A stretch of 63,952 nt of DNA, counting the filler, from Folioceros fuciformis (taxonomy: Eukaryota): NCBI GenBank assembly GCA_049999805.1. It is 9 parts of 9 records of this genome, joined end to end, with 100 filler letters (N's around TTAATTAATTAA, not from the genome) between each part and the next. Parts side by side here need not be neighbours in the genome. Positions count along the whole stretch, not along the records: positions 17,999 to 24,964 come from JBNGIO010001102.1; positions 25,065 to 26,565 come from JBNGIO010001103.1; positions 26,666 to 33,410 come from JBNGIO010001104.1; positions 33,511 to 39,614 come from JBNGIO010001105.1; 5 more parts are not named here. The stretch is one strand, 5' to 3'. Numbering within the stretch: the stretch's first letter is position 1; every line of letters begins with the position of its first letter. The notes beneath the pieces were generated by a model, which was given only the letters and a program-made list of their open reading frames with translations, ran no database searches and had not been told where the DNA came from. A program made the translations under genes and the position numbers. Shown here piece by piece: positions 23,388 to 35,460 of the stretch.

Positions 23388-24917
23388 ATTCAGTTAGAGC
23401 TTGATTTCTAACAGATGGTTCAGCTCTCAAGAGCTCTCCTTGGAACATAAGGACAGCGTCAGGAGCCATCGAGCCAGTCGCCGGAGCAACTGTCAAGCCT
23501 GTGGATATCACACTCAAGCCAGGCACTCCAGATGCCATGACGTCGAGTCTTCCATGCTTAGTGACAACAACCACAAACTATGACGTGCTATTAGGGCAAG
23601 AATTTCTGTTTCCACCAGGTTTAAGTGTGGACAACTGGACAGAGCAAGCGTATTATCATCCAGATTGGAAGCAAGGAGAGAGAAGTGTGGCACACTTACC
23701 CCTTCGATTGCATGACATGTCAAAGGTTGACACAGCTACACTTGTAGAGCGACAAGCCTGTACAGCAGTCCTGGTCAGTGAGGGAACACCCCCTTGGCCA
23801 GCAACCATTTGCAGGATGAGGACTACCTAGAGTTAGAGCAAGAGGAGGAGCATTGTGAGAGCTACTCCAGCAACACCACAGCCACATGCAGATTGACATA
23901 TATGATCAAGGCCGCTGACCATCCCACATAGGTTCAGGGTGTGCTGCAGGATGCTTACGAGCATGTCCAGCAAGTGCAAGTTCTGTTGCAGCGAGGACTC
24001 AAGGATCCCATGCAAGAGCATGTTGTCAAGTCTCAGGTGATTGATTGGCCTATCCCAGCCGCCGGCCTCTTTCTTGTGGAGCTGTTTGGCGGCATTTGTA
24101 CTGGCCTAGAGGATTTGCTTAAGGCAGGCCTCCCCATTAGGCATAATGTGTACTGTGACAGCAGCGGGGAAGCACGGCAGATAGCTGCTCATTGCTTACG
24201 GGAGCTCCGCAGCAGGTTCCCCACATAGCTATCGGAGGCAGCCTTAGCTGCCACATTCTCAGCACTGCCTCAAGACGTTAGGTACATCCAACAAGGCCAC
24301 ATCCAGGCCCTGGGATACATAGACGTGCTAATAGCTGGCTGGGAATGCCAAGGGTTCTCCCAAGCAGGCGCAGGAGTGAGGTTGGAGGACCATCGTACTG
24401 GGTTGTTCCAAGACCTGCACCAGATCTTGGCATGGGTGCAATAGGAAAATCCACATTGTGGCTATCTCCTCGAGAACACCCCAGCGCAACTTGACAAGAG
24501 GGACTCCGTGCGATAGGACATGGCACTTGTGGAGCACCATCTTGGTGCTCCCTTTCTTTTGGATGCTGTCTAGGTGGGTAGTTATGCGCACCGTCTGCGC
24601 AACTACTGGACCAACCTCATCCCTAATTCAGTCTTGGCACTTGTGCTTCGCAACACGAAGCGGGATCCCACCTTGCACCTGCAGGATGTGTTGGATGCAG
24701 ATCATGAACCTAGGCCTGTGGTTGCTAGTGAGCGACCACCCTGGCATCCAACCAACACGCCTAGTCAGCCTCGCAAAACATTGCCTACCCTGGTGAGCTT
24801 TCTTGGCTCCTTTGCTATTGCGGCAACGGAGCTGGATTGTTATACAACACCACCACAAAGCAATGGGAAGAGCCCCGCATTTAGGAGCGTGAGCAGATGA
24901 TGGGCTTTCCAGCACAT
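23388..24917 (+). mobile_element. Decayed retrotransposon pol segment: C-terminal half of a retropepsin protease followed by a C5-cytosine DNA methyltransferase domain
   Basis: IRTASGAIEPVAG...CLVTTTTNYDVLLGQEFL (protease); DNMT motifs in order VELFGGI, PQDV, IDVLIAGWECQGFS, RTGLF, YLLEN, AHRLRNYWTNL, EREQMMGFP when read through TAG stops. Confidence 0.85.
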
Positions 24918-25064
24918 TGTTGAGTTATCGAGCTCTATATGAGCTAAACTCATGTGGTGTTAGTNNNNNNNNNNNNNNNNNNNNNNNNNNNNNNNNNNNN
25001 NNNNNNNNTTAATTAATTAANNNNNNNNNNNNNNNNNNNNNNNNNNNNNNNNNNNNNNNNNNNN

Positions 25065-25708
25065 CTATTGTTGGAACACCATCGTTGTTAAGAAAGTGAT
25101 CTACAACCCCAAAACCCATATTTCATATAAGTTTTTGATACACCGAGTTCGAAGCTTTTACTATCACAAAACATATATCGAAGATTACGAATCTTAATCG
25201 TGTTCAATAATCATACAAGTATCGTGGGCGGTGATAAAAATTACCTCGAATGTTATTGTACAAGTTTTCCTTCAAGAAATGTGTGGCTTCAATACCCCCA
25301 TGTCCATCATGCACTCCTACATATAAACCACTTGATGTGGCTTCCACCTTCATGCCAAATATATGTGACACTACATTTACAATATACAGAGATAGAGTAC
25401 GAGTTACACAATTATCAATAACAATCAATATTTTGAATCATGTTTATAGAGAGACTTACTTCAGCAGCGTCTTCCATGTAATAGCTAGCTTGATACATAG
25501 CTAATGAAAGTACCCCGAACTTTGTGTTTTTCCATGATTTGTGCCATAAGCTGGATCTATCCTTTTTTGACAGGAGAGATTCCCTAGTGCTACCGGGTAA
25601 ACTCTCCTGTGTGAATACTTTACCATTTTTTATTGTTAAGTTTATATGAGGATGGTCATCGTAATGCCAAACATCTGACAAGCCATGGAGGTTCTCGGGA
25701 TGAGTCAT
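25065..25708 (-). CDS. Protein phosphatase 2C, clade-D-like, 5' part (exons ~25708-25460, 25347-25245, 25100->contig end)
   Basis: Spliced: SSLWHKSWKNTKFGVLSLAMYQASYYMEDAAE|VEATSSGLYVGVHDGHGGIEATHFLKENLYNNIR; has the ED and DGHGG metal-binding motifs and GTAAGT/GTAATT donors. Confidence 0.75.
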
Positions 25709-26749
25709 ATCTGGACTATCCTGGACAATGAGAATGAAATCTCTTTAACATTTCAACATGCTCCAAAATTAACAATGTATTGAACTCTAAAGGATCATGC
25801 ATTTGCGAACTAAATCTTGACGGCCCTTTGTTTGCATTTGTCGACTAATATTGATCATAACCCAGATTCAATGAGCAAGTTTGATAGCATGATTTTATAA
25901 AGATGTCATTGAAAAGGAAAGAAGGACCAAGACGTGTACTACTTTAGTGGAGGTGTGTTAGGTCATAGCAACCCAACAAAACCTGTATATAAACACACTC
26001 CTTAAAAGAAAGGGTTTCATATTTCTTTTCCCAGAGAAAGAAGGCTCTTGAGTTTAGGTGTATGGAAATTAGAACCAAAGATTAGTCTAAAGGTGAAGTA
26101 CTTTATTGGTTATGTGGAACCTCAACTACACTAAAAGGTGTTTTTTTTTTTTTTTGAAATATAAAGAAAGAATTCAAATGCTACAATATCTAGTACTATG
26201 TACAATGGAAACATCTATGCCGCATACCCATCATCCATCACACGCTTCCAAGCGTCATGGATTATTATTTTTCAAGCAAATTTGAATTTTTTTAGATTTG
26301 CTGAAATCATGGGTTACTAATTCCTCATGCTCACTACTACTGTTGTGAGACATATCAAAATATAAAGTGCCCAAGTTGTGGATGAACACTTTGCATAGAA
26401 GAGGCCCCTTCTCTAGAGCCCTCTATACATGACTCATGTACATTTAAACCCATGGCATATAGCTAGCCACATAAACAAAATAACAGCTAGAATAATTGCC
26501 AACACAATAATCTTCATTTTGAAATTCTGCATCCACATTTTTTGACGTAGCTGTCTTCCTTGTCGNNNNNNNNNNNNNNNNNNNNNNNNNNNNNNNNNNN
26601 NNNNNNNNNTTAATTAATTAANNNNNNNNNNNNNNNNNNNNNNNNNNNNNNNNNNNNNNNNNNNNAATGGAGAGGCTAGGCTTTGAGGTGGAGAGAACGC
26701 AAATGGCTTGGAGCAATTTATGCGACAAAGCTAGGAGCCAAGCTGGAGA

Positions 26750-27120
26750 ATGAGCTCGAAACAAGCTAGAGGCCAGGTGCCCTCCAGCAAAAATCCTAAG
26801 CCGTAGGGTGGTTGGTAAACGTAGGTGTGCAAGCTTGAGCTCTAGAAGGGGGTTCCTTGCCCATGCCCATCCTTGCCTGGTAGTTTGGCTAGTGCTTTGT
26901 GTGTTAGAGGAGAACCCTAACCCTGAACCCAAGGAATGGTAGAGCTCAAACGCCTTCCAGCAAAAACCCTAACCCATAAGGTGGCTGGTAGACGAAGGTG
27001 TACGAGCTTGAGTCCCAAAAGGGGGTTCCCTGCCCGTGCCCATCGTTGCTTGGTAGTTTGGCTAGTGCTTTGTATGGTAGAGGAGACTTCTAACCCTGAA
27101 CCCAAGGAATGGTAGAGCTT
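26750..27120. repeat. Direct duplication of a ~173-bp unit
   Basis: ccagcaaaaa...gcttgag...ggggttcc...ggtagtttggctagtgctttgt...aaccctgaacccaaggaatggtagagct occurs twice. Confidence 0.85.
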
Positions 27121-30100
27121 AGCACGCTGAAATGTTTGCTTGCAATGGTGGCATCCTTTTCGTCCATGTTCACACACTTTCGTATACAATAAGCTTGCAA
27201 ACATCTTTTATACATTTATGTCTCCTTTGGCAGAGGGGACATGGGCAAGGTGTGTTTTTTGAAAAATGTAAAGGGAGAGTGGATATCCCTTTGGCATGCG
27301 ATATACAATGAGCCTATACACGAGAAGGACAAGTGCAGCATGTGTTTTTTGAAAATCTCTATTGTTTTTTGAAAATCATATAAAGTAAATGTCTCTTTAG
27401 CATGCCATATGCAATGAGCTCAAGCACCATAGAGACATGTATGGCATATTAAAAGGGATACTCTCTCACTATACATTTTTTAATGCTTTTCCATGGGGTA
27501 TCTACCCAAATATTTTCTTTTGATGCCTATATTTTTCCTGTGCGTTTTGATAAACCGACCAAATTGGACTTCGCACCAAAGGGGACACAGAAAAAAAAAC
27601 ATCACAACTCTTTGTTTTCATGTTCACACTCTGTAAATTTGTCACATAGGTTTCCTATTCCCTAGGGTTGGATCTTCACAGAATATTCTTTTAGGGTTGG
27701 ATCTTCCATAAGGTTAGATCTTCACAGAATATTCTTTGTGACCCGTTTGTTTTTCGCGAGGCTGTCAATGACGAAGGTGGAGGACATTAGTATGGCATGG
27801 GGCTGGATGGCAGGAAGGAAGGGGGGGTTGAGCTCATGAACTTGCATGAGGGTACAGTTGTAGATGCTTGGCGGATGGGGGAAGGCGTGTACGTCGGAAG
27901 GTTGAAGGCATATGAAACCCTAAACCCCAAGCATGAAAGGCAGAGAATGGGTGGCGATAGATTTGGCTAGGCTGGTGGCCTAGCCAAATCTTTCAAATGG
28001 ACTCCACACAAGTTTTTTCACATGCATCTGTCAATTGTCCGGTTTGGTTTTGGCCCTCAAACGCCCTCAAACTTGCGTACGCCCCAAAGGGGACGCATAA
28101 CTGTGTATTTGTAAGAAAACCTAGAGAGAGGAGGCGTGTCCCTTTGGTATGCCATAGACATGTATATCATGTATTTTTTGAAAAACATAGAGAGAGTAAA
28201 GGTCCCCTTTGGCATGTCATATGTCAAAAGAGTAGGAAATTTGTATCCATTGACACGCTCCAATCCATTCTGACCTGGAAACTCCTCAAATTCGTTTCGG
28301 TTGTTTCAATCTATCTCCGTCCTAAACCCTGAACCCTAGGTCGAATAGAAATTGGAGGTAGCCTTAAGTGCGAACGATGTCATACTTGGTTCCACACCCC
28401 TTGGTCTGCTATCGGGATTTTGCAACTCTCAGACAACCCTGAGCTCATGGAATCTACATTGGGAGCAATACGTGAAGTTCGTGAACTAATTGCCCTTCCA
28501 CGTGGGATAGGTTGGTTTGGATGACATGCGTGTTGACTCCTCGAAATATGGTTACCTTTCACTGTTTAGGTATGGCCTTCCGCACCTGTCGTATCTTAGA
28601 TTCCACCAAAGGCATAGGAATTCTTACCTCAATATCCAACTCCTTCCGTGGTGGCATCGTGGACGGCGGCCGCCCTGATTTCCTGGCACACGCGATACAA
28701 AGGTGATGATTCCGTAGGAAAAGGATTTAGATAGGTGCCAACAGCTCACAAGCCACAATTGTCCACAAGAGTGAGCTAGGATTTATAGAGGTGCCAAGTG
28801 CACGAAAGCTTTAATTGCATCCATGCGTTTCCTGGATGCTTACTGTGGATTGCATCCATGCGTATTCTGGATGCTTATACTTTATTGACGTTGGTGATGA
28901 GATTTGGTTCCCCCTCCTCTCAGCCGGCTGCATGTCATTTTGATGGTTTCGTGCTCTGGCGCTCTCATGATCCATCCATTCTGATCATGGACTTTTGAAA
29001 TTCTGCAGTGAAACAAAGTAACCCGGTAAATCCTCTAGCAAGGAATCTAGCTTACGATGGAGTTGAAGGGATTGTTTTGCTCTCTTGAGCTTCGTAGACC
29101 TCGCCAAGAACCACTCGAATACATGAATCTTCATTTATGCCAGGGAGTTGTTTCTTCAAAGACGTGTTGTTTTGTGTTATAACTAGTAACTAAGCGTAGG
29201 GGCAAGTTTGTCCTGTAGAATGCCTGCTTCCTTGCAACATAGGCTGGTCTCAATGCCGTTGGCATAATTGCGGCTGCCCTGAAGCAGGCAGGGTTTGATG
29301 GTTCAGCTCCAGGTAGTCAGCTTTTGTGCAGCCTGAGGACACCGGTGCTCTGAAGAGGGTACAACAGGTTCTTTCTTCCTACGCTCTAGTTTACACAATC
29401 AAAGCGGCCTCGCCTGATCCAATGCTTGCGGAGAACGTAATTGTGGCAGCTTTTCAGCAGATCCATAGCTTTGCAAGTGCAGCAACTTTGCCCAAGTGGC
29501 AATTGCCCAATTTATTTCTGTTATCTCTACTGTACGTACCCCTTGAACATGTGGTTCAAAACGGCCCCATGGAAACGTAGAAGCCGCAAATGGAGACCTA
29601 CAATCTCAAAATGGAGATCTGAAAGCCAGAAGGATTGAGACCAAATTAATTCAACTGATTTGGTCTCGATTAGCAGCTTCTAGGTCTCTAGTTGCAGCCT
29701 CTAGTCTCGATTTGGGCTTGTAAGTCTCCATTCGGGTAAGTCTCCATTCGGGTAAGTCTCCATGCTGGTAAGTCTTCATTCGGTTCCAACGACACCTCTC
29801 CATTCGGTGGAGCTTCTCCATCTCCAGCGGGGCCCCTCCTTCGACGATACACGCTTTTTGTGTTGTCTGGTGGTGTTATTTCTGTGATTGGTCTAGATCT
29901 TCTCTTCCTGCATCTCGGCAGGAAGAACAGATTGTTTTGGCTACAATTTTTGGACAAGAAGCAAATATACTTCATAGTTAGAGAAGAAGCAAGGATACTC
30001 CCTAGTACCACACTACATGTAACAGTGGTTTGGTAAAGGCATCGTACATGCCTTGATAAGTTTGATATCAAGTTGATTTTGGTTTGTCTTGCTGCACATC

Positions 30101-30892
30101 TTAACAGAGCCTTGTTTGCTCGAAAGACAATGAAACACAACCCCAAGCTTGCATGGTTGCAGGCCTACTGATATCGTGGTCTCATAAGGCTGATAAAGAA
30201 GGAGCAAGATACTTCCTCTTCACTGCCTCGAAAGAAAGCAGACAAACAAGGTGTCCTCCTCAGTTCCCTCCTACCTCTGTTTCTCCCACTTGCACACAAG
30301 CAAGCAAGACACCTGCCTTTTCGTCCAACTTCCCCCGGTCTTGCACGCGGTTCTTTTGCACAAGTGCAATCTTAGGTGACGCAATTCACAAGGGAACACA
30401 TATTATTAGTACCGTGTAAACGGATAACAACAGCCGGTGTAAACGGATACGAACTCCAGGGTTTCTCATGTCCCGTGTTGAGAACACTTGTGGCCACCCG
30501 TTCGATCATGCATGACTTACCATGCTATGGCCATGGGCAAGAGCATAAAGGTACATATAGCGGGCGTGGGGGCCCTACCCAGACACACGTCCCGGCCTTA
30601 ATGGCCATCGTGTATCCATTTGCAAGCCGCTTTGTGGGCAAACTTTGCGCTCCTTTGTTTCGGTTTTCTAACTCTCTTTCTAGATGCTCCATCCCGCTTG
30701 TGTTGATGTAGTCAAACAAAGATGCCCTACGAGACGGCAAGCAAACGACAGGGAGGAGGTCAAGTAGTTGCCTAAAGGGCGGGAAGGAAGGTGCGGTATT
30801 ACAGCCGCGAAGAAGCTGGACGCGACTGAAGTCAGCTTGGGTGACTATTCTCCTGTCACCCTCTGTCCCCCAGAGGGATACGGTGCCACGTA

Positions 30893-31771
30893 TGGCATAC
30901 CACAGAGGACAGAGGGGAGGTGTCAGAATTCTTTCTTAACACACCACTCATGGCAGCTGTGACGCATAAGATGGATAAATTGTTGTTGAAAGGAAATCCC
31001 ACAACGGACATCCTCCATCGTCCAAGAAAAAAAAGCTCTCAAACCATGACGCCCTCCCTTTCAACCGAGTGTTTCTTTCACATCATTCGCGACGTAGCGG
31101 GGGAGGGATGAGGATAGGGGGATTTGTTGAAGGGCCAACGCATGCTGTGAGGGAGAGTTGAGGACGGCAGTGGGCATCAGATGAAGAGCCAGAGCAAGCT
31201 ACATTCTACTCGAAGATTTCAACCTTGCGGCAAGTAGAGGCCCTTGAACGGGTGTCGAAAGGTATCTCTGTGCCACGTGGGTCTTAAAAACGATGCTTGA
31301 AATGAGGTAGGGGAGGGCGGTCCCGGATAAACGCTATGATTGAGGCAGGCCTCAATCACTGGCGGTGGCGAGAGACCTCGCGAGGCCCCCCCTTAGAAAC
31401 GTCTCGTTTATCTGTCCCGAGACACGGGCCTCAAGCCCTGCAATAATGATGTCAGACATATGGGCATTAGGTGCGTGCCGGTGTCACAGGCTCATGTCTA
31501 ATTCAGAGGAAATGAGAGCATGAGCTGCGAGGGGCTGAGACCATGGAGAAGAAACCGTGAAGTGTGCCAAACACTGGGACCCTTTTATCTTCTCTTCGAT
31601 GAAACGCGCACAATTCTGAAAGCATGGCCGCTGTGGGTGTACTGACCTCTTCAGGGAAGGCCCCGCAGCGGACAGCTCTCCACAGTGACGAACTTAGGTA
31701 TATCCTATGAGATTCCCAGGGAGATAGTGCTGAAATTCTGACACCTCCCCTCTATCCGCTGTGGTATGCCA
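30893..31771. mobile_element. Segment bounded by a 38-bp inverted repeat (MITE-like or local inversion)
   Basis: tggcataccacagaggacagaggggaggtgtcagaatt (30893-30930) vs reverse complement of 31734-31771, 2 mismatches; no clear TSD. Confidence 0.5.
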
Positions 31772-33311
31772 CAGCCACGATTTACGTGGTTGGCCAGTGT
31801 GCTCTTGAGATTAGACAAGAGTTGAGTGTGCTGCCCGCTGTGCAACATGATCCAGGTAAGTAGCCATCCCCTCACACATGTTGCTGGAGTACACTCGCAG
31901 AGATGTACAAAAAGTCCGTCCACATCCTAACAGGTTGCACTTTCAGAGTAGGTGAAGCAGACGTCGGTGACATTGGACTGCAGGAAGTGAGCTCACAATG
32001 TGGGATAGCTTTCAGCAATACTGGACTTAACTTACGATAGCTTTCGGGCCTTGACCAACGTTCGTTTCATAATTTGCACTTGATTGAGCATGCTCGCAAA
32101 GCCACACCCTCCGACCACATACTGATCACCAGCCCAATGCCACCACCCACCTTGCACCTCCTCGGATAGACGAGACGCGGTTGGCGGGTTAACGCAGTCG
32201 GTGTGACAACTTGTCCCACGAGAAATGTCAGTGGGAACAGTCCCTGACGAGTGGCAGCAGCCATTCGCAAAAAAGCGGTGGTTCCCAGAGGGGGCAAAAG
32301 GAGATGAGGGCCTTCAAAGGGAAGATTCCCCTGTGACGTTGGTCACATCGATGATGACAGACAAGAAGGTGATCTGCTTAACGTGGTACAGGCCGCTAAG
32401 AGTATCCAGAAATGGGAAGAAGGGGCCGCTACCATTTAAGTGCAGAATTGGTGAAGCCTGGACCGTCCTCGGCGGGTCGACAGGTAACAAAACGCTTTCA
32501 TGCCCCGATAATAAGCATGGTTGGAAACGGACAGTACGTTTATTAGGAAGCACAGGATGGGATTTAAAGGCCGGAGGAACGAAGTGCATATAGTAACAAT
32601 CGTAAGGCGCCGGCTTCTGCTTGTCTTGCAAGAGCTCTCCCAGGGAATACCAACGCGTTGAGTGTCTTGAAGACGATTGGGAGAACATCCCTTAGGCATT
32701 GTTTCGTGAAGAGTTCTGTTTCGAGAACCCACGCGACAGCCAAGTTGTTGGACAGCACAGGGAAAGCAAGTGAAAATCTTTCTAGGAATTGAACATCAAG
32801 AATCACACATCTCAAATGTTGGACATACAGATACGATGTGGACCGTCAGCCCACACCTCACCAAAACATTAGAAACTGTATCCATCTCTAGAGTACAGTC
32901 GCACGTCCTTCATTCAAGAGACCTCACAACCCCGCTGAGAAGATATGCAGCTTCTACCTCCTGCTCCTAATGTCCAACAGACTCTTTTGCACAACTCATC
33001 GATCTAGTAGGAAGCCACTCTTTTGCACAACTCATCCATCTAGTAGGAAGCCAGCTGCCAACACATTCCTATCTTTTGCATCTGTGATGCAACCCAATTG
33101 ACCCTACTGCTTACAAGTGGAGGTGAGTCGCGTTTACTTCTTTCCAGGATTCCATTAATCCAGCCTTCAGGGTTGAAGCAAGGCAGTACGCAAATGAGCT
33201 TGGCTTGATCGGCCGTTCTTCACTGGCTTTCAGTGCCAAGCTAAAAGTGCACGCATCGTTGGTGAAAGTGGTGCCCGTCCTGGAGCCCTTCTCGAGAGTC
33301 CAAACCCTGTA

Positions 33312-33410
33312 CTACATGATCTTGGCCACCTTGAGGCCAGACATCACTGCCAAAACTGCAAGAGCAGGAAAAGCCACAAAACCCATAGCAGTACCAGCTT
33401 CCACTTTGCT
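33312..33410 (-). CDS. Possible C-terminal exon of a CASP-like membrane protein (cut by contig end)
   Basis: SKVEAGTAMGFVAFPALAVLAVMSGLKVAKIM* resembles the last TM helix of CASPL proteins; short, so tentative. Confidence 0.3.
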   Translation of the reverse strand, partial: SKVEAGTAMGFVAFPALAVLAVMSGLKVAKIM

Positions 33411-33929
33411 NNNNNNNNNNNNNNNNNNNNNNNNNNNNNNNNNNNNNNNNNNNNTTAATTAATTAANNNNNNNNNNNNNNNNNNNNNNNNNNNNNNNNNN
33501 NNNNNNNNNNTCCTCCATTAGGTTTTTTTTTCAACCGTATGTTTTACACAAATATTTCATGGCATTTTTCACATACATGCAGATTTTAGGGCTCCACGTC
33601 ACATTACGAGCTGCCATATGACATCATCTATCATTGTCACTTTAGTGAACCAATAAAGAATGCAAAAGAATCTTCTTTGGGTTTGTACTTTCTTTCTTCT
33701 CCATTCATAATGTTTCTATATGCACATCCCTTTAGACCGCCATTCAGACCGCCACATTCTTTCGGTTTGTACTTTCTTTTTTCTTCATTTATAATGTTTC
33801 TACATGCACATGCTTCATCTTGTGTCTTTTCTGCCCCTTCAGACCACCATTCTTCCACACTTCATCAGATCGCCACTCCCCCACACTTCATTAGAGTGCC
33901 ATTCTTCCACACTTCACCCTACAGCTCAA

Positions 33930-35460
33930 TGTTTGAGCATTATTGTCTAAGACGCAACTTAGGCTAACAACTTAGGGTAGTGAGCAGACTGTTTCATTAA
34001 GTCCCCAATAGTATCTATCGTACAAGCGGTTACAAACATGATACCAACCGCTACACATCAGACTCCTTTTAATGTCACAACACTTGATTCACTCTAATGT
34101 ATAAAACTATCTTTCGTGTCCCTCTTGATGTTTACATGGTATCAGAGCCAAGCCAGTGCTCTGCTATTTCATCGCCATGTGGTCTCCACTATAGTGTACT
34201 TCCCCTAACAATCCCACAACACCACATTAAGCACCCAACTCTTCGACCTGCCCACCATGCCCCACAAATGCAAGCCCGTTAAGCAATTTGCTCCACTCCC
34301 TAAGCACACAATTTGCAATGATTGCATGAATGACTTTAGGCACTTTGAATGCTTACCTTTCACAAATTCCCATTAAAGACATAATAAGCATCCGATTCTT
34401 AGGCCATTCTTACCACCTAGCTCTAAGCACATTCACCCCTCGTCAACACATTCATCCGCCTCTTCTGCTATTATTGATCACACCATGCTTCAACTTCTCT
34501 ATATTGAGAACCAACTGAAGAATCTCACTAAGATGATGTTGAGCATCAAGTAAGATTATGCACCTGCACCACACATGGACCGCTTGTAGCAGATTGTAAA
34601 CCCAGTCTCAGTAAATATGCCTCCTTTGCCCCTTTCTTCCAAGTACCGAGGCACACAAAACAGTCAAGGTCAGTCCCCTCGCACGCCACTCATGGCATCC
34701 TCCTCTGCACCCAACACCATAGAAATTGACTTCCATGATTGGAACAGATTTCACGATATTGACTAAGAAATTTGGCAAATGCAGGTCGCCTCAATCTTGG
34801 AGAAATGCAAGCTGATGGGAGTCACCAATGGCTCTAAAGCCGACCCTTCACTGGCAGTGCACCAATATATGCATTCAAATATATTGGCAAATTTGATTAC
34901 TCTATTTGCATTCATCAAGAGCATTATGTGGATCAGCTCCTTAAGTGCTTCAACCTCTCCGAAGCCCACCCATCAACCACACCAGTAGCTGTTGGAGACA
35001 AAGTGTCTTTACAAGATAGTCCTTTATCGCATGAGGAGATTTCTGAAATGTAGTGTACACCCTATGTTGAAGCTGTTGGATGTCTACGTTTCCTTTCTAT
35101 ATGGACATGCCCTAACATTGCACATGTTGTGAACGTTGCCTCTAGGTACATATCTAACCCAAGAAGACAACATTGCACTTTTTTCAAGCGTATATTTAGG
35201 TATCTTAAGGGGATTAAGAACAAAGGCTTAGTACATCAAGCCAACAACGCCAATGAGGGGAAGCTACATCTCATATGCTACTCCGACATTGATTGGGCTG
35301 GAGAACCAGACTCCCGCAAGTCAAATGCAGCATATTGCATGAGACCAAATGGAATTGCTATATCTTGGGTATCTAAGAAGTTCTCCACGATTTGTTTATC
35401 ATCCACGGAAGCAGAGTATGCAGCCATTTTCCTAGCCGCCACAGAAATTATCTGAGTATG
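33930..35460 (+). mobile_element. Ty1/Copia remnant with internal deletion: LTR, PBS (TGGTATCAGAGCCA 34137-34150), gag scrap, RT end and RNase H
   Basis: Canonical tRNA-Met PBS after ...ACA; KRIFRYLKG, YSDIDWAG, SSTEAEYAA motifs. Confidence 0.88.

Noticed and set aside
31800-33000. Possible LINE endonuclease/ORF1 remnant (GGGIGLVI)
   Set aside because: Motifs too weak and not in convincing order to call without a search.
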